From the NCBI GenBank assembly GCA_963712115.1, contig CAVQGX010000038.1, forward strand, positions 1-64,000: DNA of 64,000 nucleotides. The letters are read 5' to 3'. The stretch comes from an uncultured delta proteobacterium. GTDB lineage: Bacteria; Desulfobacterota; Syntrophobacteria; BM002. The position numbers and the translations under genes are program-made. Shown one piece after another: positions 8,079 through 17,121 of the stretch. The notes under the pieces were generated by a model that saw only the letters and a program-made list of their open reading frames with translations, was not told where the DNA came from and searched no databases. Positions within the stretch are counted from its first letter, which is position 1, and every line of letters begins with the position of its first letter.

Positions 8079-10337
8079 GGGTGCGGCAGTGGCAATGAAG
8101 CACACGCCGCCGCCGCCACCCCCTCGACTGCTCGAGACGGTTACATAACTATCTTTGGTCTCTGTATCCGAACCTCCAGGATTCGTGACCCTAAGGCTTA
8201 CCCTGTAGCTGCCAGCGGCAGTGTAGGTATGTGTAGGATTTTGGTTAGTGCTGGAGGTAGCATCGCCGAAATCCCATAACCATTCGGTGGCAAAACCAGT
8301 GGATTGATCGGCGAAGGCTACAGTAAGAGGCGCTTCTCCGCTAGTGCGATTGGCAGTGAAATTAGCCGTCGGAACAGGGTATTCTACTTTAATATAGTCT
8401 GTCTTGGTTTCTGTGTCCGAACCTTCAGGACCTGTGACCGTAAGGCTTACCGTATAGTTTCCAGGAACAATGTAGGTATGTGTAGGATTTTGCTCAGTGC
8501 TGGTGGTAGCATCGCCAAAATTCCACTGCCAGGAGGTGACCGCCGCCGCAGTTTGGTCAGTGAAATTGACTTGCAGTGGAAGCATTCCACTAACAACATC
8601 GGCAGTAAAGTCAGCTTGGATATATTTCAGCTGTGCCCACCAAGTCCCCCAGCGGTCATCGTCAGGGTCAGGTCCTACATCGGTCGCGGCATATTGCTGA
8701 ATGGTCCAGAAAGTGAGGTCGTCATCCGGGTCCACCACCGTAGCGCTGTAATCTCCCCAACGAACCTGACCGGAGCCGAAATCCTTGACGTAGCTGTCCT
8801 CGCCCCCCTTGATGACGGTGATAGCATCCATGCTACCTGCTGGGTCACTGCTCTTGCGCCCGGTCACCACACCCTCCACGAATCTGGTGGAATCCGAGCG
8901 GGAAAAACCCAAGGCCACGTCATTTATGGAGTTCACAGCAATGGAAGGGAAGAAGTGATGTACACCCGAGCCGCCGTCAAGGACGCCAGACTGGACGATG
9001 GGGTCACCGGTGGTGTTCAACAGGTCAGGGTCGAGTTCGTACCAAAAAACCGCTGTCCGGTCGGCAGCCCCGCCGGCTGGTAAGCCGCCGCTGTGTGTAG
9101 TCCAGAGGCGGCCGTCTCGCAACACCGCGTTCAACAGACGGGGGTCATTGGTGCTCACCCTGGTTGCTGTTCCCAGCTGGGAAGCATCTATCTGAGATAA
9201 GTTAAAGTTGTTAGAAACCAAGAAGAATCCGGTTCCCGGAAAAAAGCCTGCAGCGTCGGGAACCACCGACCAGGAGGGCGAGTCTGCCGGCCCGGTGATC
9301 ATCGAAAGTCTCAGCAAAACCACGCCGCCGAAAATCAAGAATCCATTATCCGCGATATAGAGATTCTCTTCTGCCGCATCCAAGGTAGCGGCCGGTCTCA
9401 AGGTGAAGCCATTTGAACCACCGGCCGTATCAAAGCCGGTATCAAAAGGAGTGAAGACCAAGGGGTCTTGCCCGAGGCTGCTCTTTTCAATGACCCACAT
9501 TTTGACCCCGGATAAACTGTCGTCAAATACGGTGAACATGTTATTGGTGATGGCCACCCACTTCGAGTTGAATCCGATGTCAGGAAAATCAGCCCAGTCT
9601 GCGTCGGTTGGGTCCGCATCAATAGCATAAAATGTCCAGTTGCCGGTGGGGTCTGAGTTGTCACTTACAGCAAACCACACCGCAGAGTCTGCTGATCTCG
9701 AATCCGCATCCACCGTGGCCAGCCAGCGGTTGGCAAGGGAGTCATAGACCAGTCGAGGGTCGAAGGGGTTTCCACTCAGCCCGGTGCCGGGAGATGTCCA
9801 GAAGGTGTCCAGGGTCACAGTGCTGAGGTTGTTGCCCGACTTGTCCTGAATGCGGACCTGGGTGTTGAGCATGGTCATCAGGTGGTTTGGTCCGGCGGCC
9901 CCCATGGTATCGGGAGGAATCGCGGCGTTGTTGTCCGGGAGGGCTTGGAAGTCATCCTCCACTGGGATAAGGGGTTCACCTCCCCTGCCGACAAATTCCT
10001 GCACTTGGGGTGCCAACGGTCTCAAGGTCCCTTCGGCCACACCGAGGGACCGCGATCCTGGTGCTGGCATAAGAGGAATAACCCGCGGTTGTTTAGCGTA
10101 GATGGCTCTTGACTGCTGGAAGGTCAAAAGCTCATCCCAGGTGACAACCCCAGCGGGACTGATTTTTACCTGCTCCTGGGCCCCCAGTGGCTGCGCAGCC
10201 ATGACCGCTAAACACACAAAAAACTGGAGAAGGCTGCGCTCGACCAGGCGGTGACTATACCGTGTGGTGACGAAACAAAGGGTGGCTTGCAGCGATGAAG
10301 CTGCGATGGAGAGGTAAGATATAAGCTTAGCGAACAC
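8046..10337 (-). CDS. Secreted surface protein with two PKD domains and a truncated CFI-box-CTERM
   Basis: IPPDTMGAAGPNH, RWGDYS; PKD motifs WNFGD...NPTHTY and WDFGD...NPTHTY; GGGGGVCFIATAA; true start uncertain. Confidence 0.8.
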   Translation of the reverse strand: MFAKLISYLSIAASSLQATLCFVTTRYSHRLVERSLLQFFVCLAVMAAQPLGAQEQVKISPAGVVTWDELLTFQQSRAIYAKQPRVIPLMPAPGSRSLGVAEGTLRPLAPQVQEFVGRGGEPLIPVEDDFQALPDNNAAIPPDTMGAAGPNHLMTMLNTQVRIQDKSGNNLSTVTLDTFWTSPGTGLSGNPFDPRLVYDSLANRWLATVDADSRSADSAVWFAVSDNSDPTGNWTFYAIDADPTDADWADFPDIGFNSKWVAITNNMFTVFDDSLSGVKMWVIEKSSLGQDPLVFTPFDTGFDTAGGSNGFTLRPAATLDAAEENLYIADNGFLIFGGVVLLRLSMITGPADSPSWSVVPDAAGFFPGTGFFLVSNNFNLSQIDASQLGTATRVSTNDPRLLNAVLRDGRLWTTHSGGLPAGGAADRTAVFWYELDPDLLNTTGDPIVQSGVLDGGSGVHHFFPSIAVNSINDVALGFSRSDSTRFVEGVVTGRKSSDPAGSMDAITVIKGGEDSYVKDFGSGQVRWGDYSATVVDPDDDLTFWTIQQYAATDVGPDPDDDRWGTWWAQLKYIQADFTADVVSGMLPLQVNFTDQTAAAVTSWQWNFGDATTSTEQNPTHTYIVPGNYTVSLTVTGPEGSDTETKTDYIKVEYPVPTANFTANRTSGEAPLTVAFADQSTGFATEWLWDFGDATSSTNQNPTHTYTAAGSYRVSLRVTNPGGSDTETKDSYVTVSSSRGGGGGGVCFIATAAPSAPLFYFLFW

Positions 10338-10569
10338 AGAAGAATCCTGCTTTGAGAAAAATCATGGTCTACCAGATATCGTCTTTTTTTCCATTACAAC
10401 GCAATGCCAACTATGATTAAAGCTCTTCCCGGTTCCTTTGCACCGCTAAGCTTTGGTGTGCAAGTGGAGCGCTTCTGCAGCAGCTTACTTATAACATGCC
10501 GGCTCAATATAGAAAAGCAAACCCAAAACTGTCAACGGAGGTTACCTCGTTTTTGATTTAGTCTGGTTT

Positions 10570-10830
10570 TAGAGGAGAGGCGCAGGGCGCAAGGCGATTT
10601 ATGTCACTTGGCTTCGCTGTCATTAGGTCACTACGCTGCGCTGTCATTTGTTGTAAGAGGAAGAGCATATGCGGCGAGAAAGGCGAGACGGGGATTTAAA
10701 CGGGGAAGTCGGAACGGAGAACGTGGAATTCTTTTCTTTGCTAATGGCCAACGGGCAAAGCTGGCTCAAATGGCTAAACAGACGACAGGCAGCTCATCGC
10801 TCATGGCTTAAAGCATGTCCTGAGCGACTC
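10570..10830 (+). repeat. Mosaic repeat array
   Basis: ggcgcag, gtcatt module, ggcgaga, gaacgga and gctcat runs. Confidence 0.75.
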
Positions 10831-10874
10831 GACCTGAGCTCCATAAGGTTAAAAGAACCGATGTATGAATTATA

Positions 10875-11861
10875 TTATTTTGCCACTACCAGGAGTATGG
10901 AGCCTTCTATGCGCTCCGCCAGGGTTTCCAGGCTACCAGAATCCCGCGACAGGACCTCAACGGCTGAGGTTCGCTTTGGCAGCAAAGGGAAGAGCTTTTC
11001 AACACTGGATATCTTCAGCACACAGCTGGCATTCTGCAGCATGCGTATATCCCCGTTTTCTTTATCTCTGAGGCCGAGCATGGATGTGACCAGGCCAACT
11101 ACTTCACCGTTCATATTCAACAATGGACCGCCGCTATTGCCGGGTTGGATCGGCACTGTAGTATGATAGCTTGCCGGATCGTCGTGCAGCCCGTTGACGC
11201 TGCTAATCACACCGGTGAAAAGTTTCGGGGATCTCCCCATGTAGTTCACCCGGGGAAAGCCTATGGTAAATACAGCGGTACCCAATCTCGGTTTCTTTTT
11301 TGCCAAAGGTAATGCCGGCGGCAGTTTCCGTGCATCACTGACTTCTAATATTGCAATATCCTTGACCTGATCTCGAAGTGCCAGCCGAGCAGGGAGTTCT
11401 TCGCCCAGTGTGTTGATTACCACCACGTCATTGCAACCCGCAACAACATGGTTGCTCGTTATCACATAGCCGTCTACGATGGGCCAGCCTGTGCCAACTG
11501 ACGCACCCTCCAATGTCATTGATGGATTCTCAACTGGTGTTTCGATCTTTAAGGTGGATTGCTTGGTCTCAATTTGTGCAAGGTATATAAACCTGTGCCA
11601 AATCGTCTGAGATTCAGTGAACTTTTTCGCACCAGAGGTTGGCTCAGCACTAATCGACTGGCAGGAAAGTGAAGGGCTCACTGCCAGAGAATCGGCAGAA
11701 AGGAGAATGGACAAAATCAAAGCCAAAACAAACACCCAGGCGGTAGGGTTTTGAAGACATTTCTTCAGCCCTTGCCCTTTTCCGGGGTGTATGTGCCTGG
11801 CATATGGTGACAAATTGGCCTCCTGAGGTTGAAGCCGTGACCCGGGTTGAGAGTAACTCAT
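10875..11861 (-). CDS. Trypsin-like (S1C) serine protease, exported or membrane-anchored
   Basis: TSNHVV, DIAIL, PGNSGGPL catalytic triad motifs. Confidence 0.9.
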   Translation of the reverse strand: MSYSQPGSRLQPQEANLSPYARHIHPGKGQGLKKCLQNPTAWVFVLALILSILLSADSLAVSPSLSCQSISAEPTSGAKKFTESQTIWHRFIYLAQIETKQSTLKIETPVENPSMTLEGASVGTGWPIVDGYVITSNHVVAGCNDVVVINTLGEELPARLALRDQVKDIAILEVSDARKLPPALPLAKKKPRLGTAVFTIGFPRVNYMGRSPKLFTGVISSVNGLHDDPASYHTTVPIQPGNSGGPLLNMNGEVVGLVTSMLGLRDKENGDIRMLQNASCVLKISSVEKLFPLLPKRTSAVEVLSRDSGSLETLAERIEGSILLVVAK

Positions 11862-11888
11862 TAGGCCAAATGGCCATCACTATTTTTA

Positions 11889-11903
11889 GCAAGAAGCATG
11901 CCC
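11889..11903 (-). promoter_or_regulatory. Possible sigma-54 (-24/-12) promoter
   Basis: GGGCAT-gcttc-TTGC on minus strand just upstream of the protease. Confidence 0.4.
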
Positions 11904-11910
11904 CTAAACA

Positions 11911-11952
11911 AAAAGCCCCCGAGGGACCCGATCTTGGTCCCTCAGGGGCTTT
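11911..11952 (-). terminator. Intrinsic terminator-like hairpin downstream of the vWA-OmpA gene
   Basis: aaaagccccc gagggacc...ggtccctc aggggcttt. Confidence 0.55.
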
Positions 11953-12030
11953 CCGGTAAGAAACCCCAGAGGCTTAGCCTCCGGTTCTAATCTGCAACCT
12001 TTTCAATTAGATAGCCATTCACCCTTGTGA

Positions 12031-13152
12031 CTAAGGCACAGGAGTGATCTCTGCTCGCCGATTCAAAGCTCTCCCTTGAGCTGTGCTGTTGTCAGTAACC
12101 GGGTGGGACTCACCGTAGCCGAGAGTTTTCATGCGCTCGGCACTAACACCTCTCGAGGAAAGGTAGTCATACACTGCCTGCGCCCGTCGCTCGGAGAGCA
12201 TCTGATTGTAGTCCTCTGGTCCGGTTGAATCAGTATAGCCCTTTATAACGATGGGCAGATTAGGCTGACCGCTCAACCTCTGCAAATTCTCATCCAGACT
12301 CATCTTCGCCTCGGGAGAGAGCTCGTGCTTGTCGAAGGCAAAGGTTATGGTGTCCAACTGGATGGCTTCAGGAATCACTGCAGCTGCCTCTACTGGCACC
12401 ACTTCTGCCATAACTATAACTTCCCGCACTTCCGTAGTGTAGAAAATGTTTTCTGCCAGCCTGTCGGTTGCCGCCGGATCCGCTGATAGTTCACTCGCTT
12501 CGATATATACGCAATCACCTAGCTGGCTGATACCTTTGAGTGTCGCTCTTCCCTTCTCATCTTCAGACAAAGAGACGGCATGGAAACACACATCAGGATA
12601 CTTTTCGTGCATTGTTCTTGCTGCTTGCAGTGCATCCCTTCCGACATTTTTCTCGCCGTCAGAGACGATCAACACCGCAGTCTTGCCAGCAGTCTTACTC
12701 AACGCTCCGTCCAGCTGCAAAATCGCATCCCCCAGCGGAGTTTGGTTGCCAAATACTCTACCGGTCTCAGGCAATCCCTCAATCGTTTCCTTGAACATTT
12801 CCCTGTTGTACTCGCTAGGGCCAATCAGAGTTTTGCCAGGGGAAAACACTGCCAGTGAACCTTTATAACCCAGCTCTGGAATGCGCTCGTTTAGAGCAGT
12901 CATTAGATTCTTCGCCATCTCGGCCTTGGCCTGAGTTTTGCCCTGGTCTTTGATGAACATCGATCCAGATTGATCCAGCAGAATGATAAAGTTGTCAATC
13001 TTCGGGGTGACTCTGACTTCTTTGTCAGCTGAATAAGCAGCCCTAATTTCCTCTACTACCTTGTCGCCAGACTCCGCTGTGAACGCTCCCACTAAGAGGA
13101 TCGCACTCACAATGCCTAGCAGCGTACCAAAACCCTTCAACAAACCTTTCAT
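12031..13152 (-). CDS. vWA domain + OmpA-like peptidoglycan-binding protein
   Basis: LDQSGSM MIDAS, TPLGDA, SDG; GYTDSTG...LSERRA...NRRAE. Confidence 0.9.
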   Translation of the reverse strand: MKGLLKGFGTLLGIVSAILLVGAFTAESGDKVVEEIRAAYSADKEVRVTPKIDNFIILLDQSGSMFIKDQGKTQAKAEMAKNLMTALNERIPELGYKGSLAVFSPGKTLIGPSEYNREMFKETIEGLPETGRVFGNQTPLGDAILQLDGALSKTAGKTAVLIVSDGEKNVGRDALQAARTMHEKYPDVCFHAVSLSEDEKGRATLKGISQLGDCVYIEASELSADPAATDRLAENIFYTTEVREVIVMAEVVPVEAAAVIPEAIQLDTITFAFDKHELSPEAKMSLDENLQRLSGQPNLPIVIKGYTDSTGPEDYNQMLSERRAQAVYDYLSSRGVSAERMKTLGYGESHPVTDNSTAQGRALNRRAEITPVP

Positions 13153-13307
13153 ACCATTTCCCTCCTTCTGGCTGCATTTTTACATGCAGCACACCTTGAC
13201 CTCATTGAGGACCCCGGAAACATCCAGTCTGCTTGAACCAGCGTGTTGATAGATGCTGGAAAAAGCTAGAATTATGTTCACTGTGTCACTCGTGATTTCT
13301 CCTTTTA

Positions 13308-13427
13308 GCCTCTACGTCTTTACCAGTCATGGCAGATAGTTCTTTGCCAGCAACATATTAATGCTAACCATCATCACCCATGATGTCAAAACCGGTATCA
13401 CTATGTTCAACCAGCCTCGGTATCAAT
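13308..13427 (-). pseudogene. Decayed partial duplicate of the 95-aa gene at 13696-13983
   Basis: Near-identical to ~13770-13890 (tacgtctttacca...ccatcatcacccatgat...aaaaccggtatca...tgttcaac); TAC>TAA stop in the copy. Confidence 0.75.
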
Positions 13428-13451
13428 AACCACGCACAAATATCGTATCAC

Positions 13452-13649
13452 TCAAGCTCCGGCGATACGGTGCCTGCACTTTTCGCAGAATTTCTCGGAA
13501 AACTTATTCACCCATTCGGAGGATGGCTGACGCAGGGTAATACCGCGAGACAGTATCCACTTGCCGCAATGAGTGAGATGTTTCACCTTTCCATTGTTGT
13601 CGTTTAGACGGGTGCGTTGGGTCGACCAGTGTAAAAGACTTTTTCTCAT
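13452..13649 (-). CDS. Small hypothetical protein with possible Zn-binding motifs
   Basis: H..HCGK and CEKC; gaagga RBS. Confidence 0.45.
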   Translation of the reverse strand: MRKSLLHWSTQRTRLNDNNGKVKHLTHCGKWILSRGITLRQPSSEWVNKFSEKFCEKCRHRIAGA

Positions 13650-13695
13650 AGGAATATCCTTCGTACTCTCAGTTATATAACCTTGGGGGAATTAC

Positions 13696-13983
13696 CTACT
13701 CAACCTCTTTCACTGTAATCAAACGCAGCGTTTTCACCCCTTCGTTTTCTGTAACGGTACCGATAGCTTCTACGTCTTTACCAATCATGGCGGATAGGTC
13801 TTTGCCAGCAACATAGTAATCTTCCCCATCATCACCCATGATCACAAAACCGGTATCAGTTTGTTCAACTGTTCCGGTGATAGCAATTTTTTCTTCTTCC
13901 TGCGCCACAACAATAGTTGATCCCACCAGTACAAACGCTAATGCGCAAATAATCATGATCATTAGCTTTCTATTAAACTTCAT
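13696..13983 (-). CDS. Small exported beta-rich (OB-fold-like) protein
   Basis: Signal peptide, ITGTVEQ...GKDVEAIGTV; aggagg RBS; sigma-54 box upstream. Confidence 0.75.
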   Translation of the reverse strand: MKFNRKLMIMIICALAFVLVGSTIVVAQEEEKIAITGTVEQTDTGFVIMGDDGEDYYVAGKDLSAMIGKDVEAIGTVTENEGVKTLRLITVKEVE

Positions 13984-14031
13984 CTCTCTCCTCCTTTGAA
14001 TTTGGGTGAATTAATTGGTCCAGTCAATACA

Positions 14032-14046
14032 GCAACGAAGGTGCCA
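14032..14046 (-). promoter_or_regulatory. Sigma-54 promoter
   Basis: Consensus TGGCAC-cttcg-TTGC on minus strand. Confidence 0.75.
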
Positions 14047-14274
14047 AACAAATAACATATTGATATTACTGAATTAAAATTTTTCTTCAGGGTATAAATG
14101 GGAACAGAAAGTTCCGATTTTTTCAGAAAAAACATCTGCTTTCCGTCAGTCATGAAATGGCCAAGTGTTTATAGAAACTGTAGAAATCAGTCTAAAATCT
14201 GGGATAGGAACTCCCAGGACCGAAATTTAGAGGCTCGGAACTGCTATTTCCGATTCGGAAAAAATGGGACAGGG

Positions 14275-14850
14275 GGATTGGTGATTGGAGATTTTAGATT
14301 GTAGATTGCAGATTTGGGATGTGAGATTTGGCAAAGAGCATAGAGCATGAGAGTCCGATTGCGGATTTCGGATTGCGGATTTGGGATTGAGGAGAGGCTC
14401 AAGGCGTAGGGCGCAGGGCGATTTGGGTCATTTGGCTTCGCCGTCATTAGGTCATTACGCTTCGCTGCCATTTGTTGTAATAGGTAGGGGTCAGAGGTCG
14501 GAGGACAGAGATCAGAGGTCGGAAGTTAACTAGGCACTAAGGACTAGGCACTAGGCACCAAAGCTCAGAGTCAGTACGCTACGCTGTCATTGGGCTTCGC
14601 GTCATTTGCCTTCGGCGTCATTGGGTCATTACGCTGCGCTGTCATTTGTTGTAAGAGGTAGGGGTCAGAGGTCGGAGGACAGAGATCAGAGGACGGAGAG
14701 TCACTAGGCACTAAGGACTAGGCACTAGGCACTACAAAGAAGTAGTCAGTAGTAAGCGGTAAACGGTGAGCGGTAAGCGGTGAGCAGTAAGCCGTGCAAA
14801 CGATTTCAACGGTTTTAACGCTTTTAACGAATTAACTAATTAACTAATCA
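14275..14850 (+). repeat. Largest mosaic repeat array, with an internal ~110 bp direct duplication
   Basis: ~14450-14560 and ~14625-14732 both read gtcattacgct.cgctg.catttgttgtaa.aggtaggggtcagaggtcggaggacagagatcagagg...actaggcactaaggactaggcactaggcac. Confidence 0.9.
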
Positions 14851-14881
14851 ACAAAACGCTATGCCTTCTCAGTAAGTCCCC

Positions 14882-15955
14882 TTATTGTTTTTTCTTCATG
14901 TGGCATTTCATACATAAATCAAAGCTCCTGGTGTCATATTCGGTGATGAATTTGGGGGAGTCGGATGCATGCGGATCGTGGCAGCTTGCACAGGTGAGTT
15001 CATGCCCCTTTCTTGAAGGGTCTGGGACCCCGTGGGTTGGATGCCTGCGATGCCTGGTTCCCCAGAAATAAGCTGCAATGACATGCCTGCCGTCACCCTG
15101 ATCAGGATGACAGCTTACACAGAGAAGCCAGATAGGTTGGTCGAGCCTACAAGGGTTTTCTGATGCATGCGGGTTGTGACACATACCGCATTTGTCAGTA
15201 ATATACGGCGCATGATAGCTCTTTTTGCCGCTCCTTTGTTGTTTTTGCTCTACATGACATTTGTAGCATAATTCTGGAACCGGGTATTTAAGGGAATACT
15301 TTGGCGACCCCTGGAAATCGTGACATGTGAGGCAACTCCAGACGAAATCAGGCCCGTGAACAAATGAGTAGGAGGTGATCCGCCGGTGACACGAGTAGCA
15401 GGTTGATTCGGTGGGGACAACAGCCTTTTTTTCTGAAACTTCAGCAGCGTAGGTCTCGATATTTATGGTCTTGTTGTCCGCTTCCGTGGGTTCCAATACA
15501 TGATGACAGGTGGCACACTGTGAGCGGTCCACCATATGAAAATAATCTTTTTGAAAACCGGCCGGAGGCTTCGCATATTTGCTGACAAGATCCGACCTGC
15601 GAAAAACATCTAAAGCAACTTCATCTACAATTCTATCTTCTTTCTTGGCTCTTATATTTATCTCATTTATGCCAAGCTCCAATGGAACAGAGAAACATTC
15701 GAATTTCCGGCGTGGAACGATACTCGCCTTAATCTTGTTATTCACCTCTACTTCTATTAAATCAGCAGAACCTTGAGGTAAGCTTAAAGAAATACTTAGA
15801 AGGTCGAATTCCATGACTGCCAGATCGGCAGGATAACTCACAGTGACAATATTTTGACCGGATTCAGCAGGCAGGCTGAAGATCAAGAAAAAGACAAAAG
15901 CATAAGAGATTAATCTCATTCTCATTGATATATCCGGTGGAGCAGCGGACTCCAC
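14882..15955 (-). CDS. Multiheme cytochrome c (8 CxxCH, doubled-CXXCH type); start probably ATG 15925
   Basis: CATCH, CYSCH, CLTCH, CYKCH, CGMCH, CVSCH, CASCH, CMKCH; CHxPH motifs. Confidence 0.85.
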   Translation of the reverse strand: MESAAPPDISMRMRLISYAFVFFLIFSLPAESGQNIVTVSYPADLAVMEFDLLSISLSLPQGSADLIEVEVNNKIKASIVPRRKFECFSVPLELGINEINIRAKKEDRIVDEVALDVFRRSDLVSKYAKPPAGFQKDYFHMVDRSQCATCHHVLEPTEADNKTINIETYAAEVSEKKAVVPTESTCYSCHRRITSYSFVHGPDFVWSCLTCHDFQGSPKYSLKYPVPELCYKCHVEQKQQRSGKKSYHAPYITDKCGMCHNPHASENPCRLDQPIWLLCVSCHPDQGDGRHVIAAYFWGTRHRRHPTHGVPDPSRKGHELTCASCHDPHASDSPKFITEYDTRSFDLCMKCHMKKKQ

Positions 15956-15986
15956 TACTCCACCACTCCATTTGAGCCAGGATTCT

Positions 15987-16988
15987 TTATTTGGCGCGGA
16001 GGAGTTCCAGGGCCGTCTGATAAGCTGCCAGTGCTTCGGAGGTCTTCTTTTGTTTCTCGCAAATCTTGCCTATCTGATAGTAGGCCTCAGGTGGTGGTTG
16101 AGGATTGTTTTCTACCAGCTCCTGCAAAATGGCTATGGCCAGGTCATCCTCCCCCTGACCGGCATAGGTTAACCCCTGGAGCAGTTTTCCTTCCTTTGGG
16201 CTTGGATTCAGTTCTAAGGCCTGCTCCAGCTCAGTCCCGACCCCACTGACCTCTTTATCCTCCAAGCATAGGGTGGCCAAAAGCAGATGGGGCTCCGGAA
16301 ATGAGGGGTCGGCCTCCACCGCCTTTTTCAAAGCCTCCCGGGCCTTGGCTTTTTCCTTTAGATCCAAAAGTACCTGGGCCATATTGACGTATCTCTCAGC
16401 TTTTATTCTGGCCGGTGATACTTTTACGGACTCGCCAGGATCAAGCTCAGCGTTCAGCTGGTCCTGGCTGATTTCCCCGAGAAGAAACTTTACATAGGCT
16501 GTTGTCTGGGTATAAAAATTTCGTGAGTAGAGGTCCTCTACGAATGCCAGCTTACCGTCTGGCCCGACGATCAGAGTGGTGGGCAGCACCAAGATGCCCA
16601 AAGTGCTGTATGCGGTCAGATCGGGGTCACTGGCGAAAAAACAGCTAAGTTTTCTTGCAAGGGCAATTTCTCGTATCTGCTGATCTGAGGCTTTATCTCC
16701 ATTGATTGCCAGAAAGGTGACGTCCTTGTCCTGGAACTCCTGACTGATCCGGGACAGGTCGGTCAACATTTTGCTTGATTTGTCATCGTCTTGCTTCCAG
16801 AAGGCCAGAACTATTATCTTTCCTTTTTGCTCATCTAAGCTGATCTGGTTGCCGTCAATAGTGCGGATAGCAAGGTTCGGCACGCTGTCCCCTTGCTTGT
16901 GATGCCCAATATCAGTGGCCAAGGATAGGTGTGAGCCAATGATAAGGAGAGTGAGAATAATCCAAGAAAGAACTTTTGCCTTCCTCAT
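15987..16988 (-). CDS. Exported redoxin-fold (TlpA-like, no CxxC) + TPR repeat protein
   Basis: GKIIVLAFW, LPTTLIVGPDGKL; TPR-like helices in C-terminal half. Confidence 0.75.
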   Translation of the reverse strand: MRKAKVLSWIILTLLIIGSHLSLATDIGHHKQGDSVPNLAIRTIDGNQISLDEQKGKIIVLAFWKQDDDKSSKMLTDLSRISQEFQDKDVTFLAINGDKASDQQIREIALARKLSCFFASDPDLTAYSTLGILVLPTTLIVGPDGKLAFVEDLYSRNFYTQTTAYVKFLLGEISQDQLNAELDPGESVKVSPARIKAERYVNMAQVLLDLKEKAKAREALKKAVEADPSFPEPHLLLATLCLEDKEVSGVGTELEQALELNPSPKEGKLLQGLTYAGQGEDDLAIAILQELVENNPQPPPEAYYQIGKICEKQKKTSEALAAYQTALELLRAK

Positions 16989-17009
16989 AAAGTGTGCCCT
17001 TTTACAAAA

Positions 17010-17120
17010 ATGGTTTCAGGTTTCAGTGTTCAGGGTTCAAGTTTAGCCTTTGTGCTTTGTCTTCCTGACACCTGAAACCTGACACCCGACACCTCAAACT
17101 CTGACACCTGACACCTAAAC
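17010..17120. repeat. Heptamer array (tcaggtt / cctgaca, partly inverted) inside the cytochrome operon
   Basis: ggtttcaggtttcagtgttcagg...cctgacacctgaaacctgacacccgacacct; similar block at ~40950-41045. Confidence 0.8.
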
Positions 17121-17121
17121 C

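Noticed and set aside
14098-14471. ORFs spanning repeat arrays (also 327-509, 28507-28751, 29603-29794, 37595-38087, 48118-48417, 52313-52600, 57754-57945)
   Set aside because: The peptides (MTAKRNDL, PYALCP, NPQSAI) are translations of the repeat units, with no independent coding evidence.
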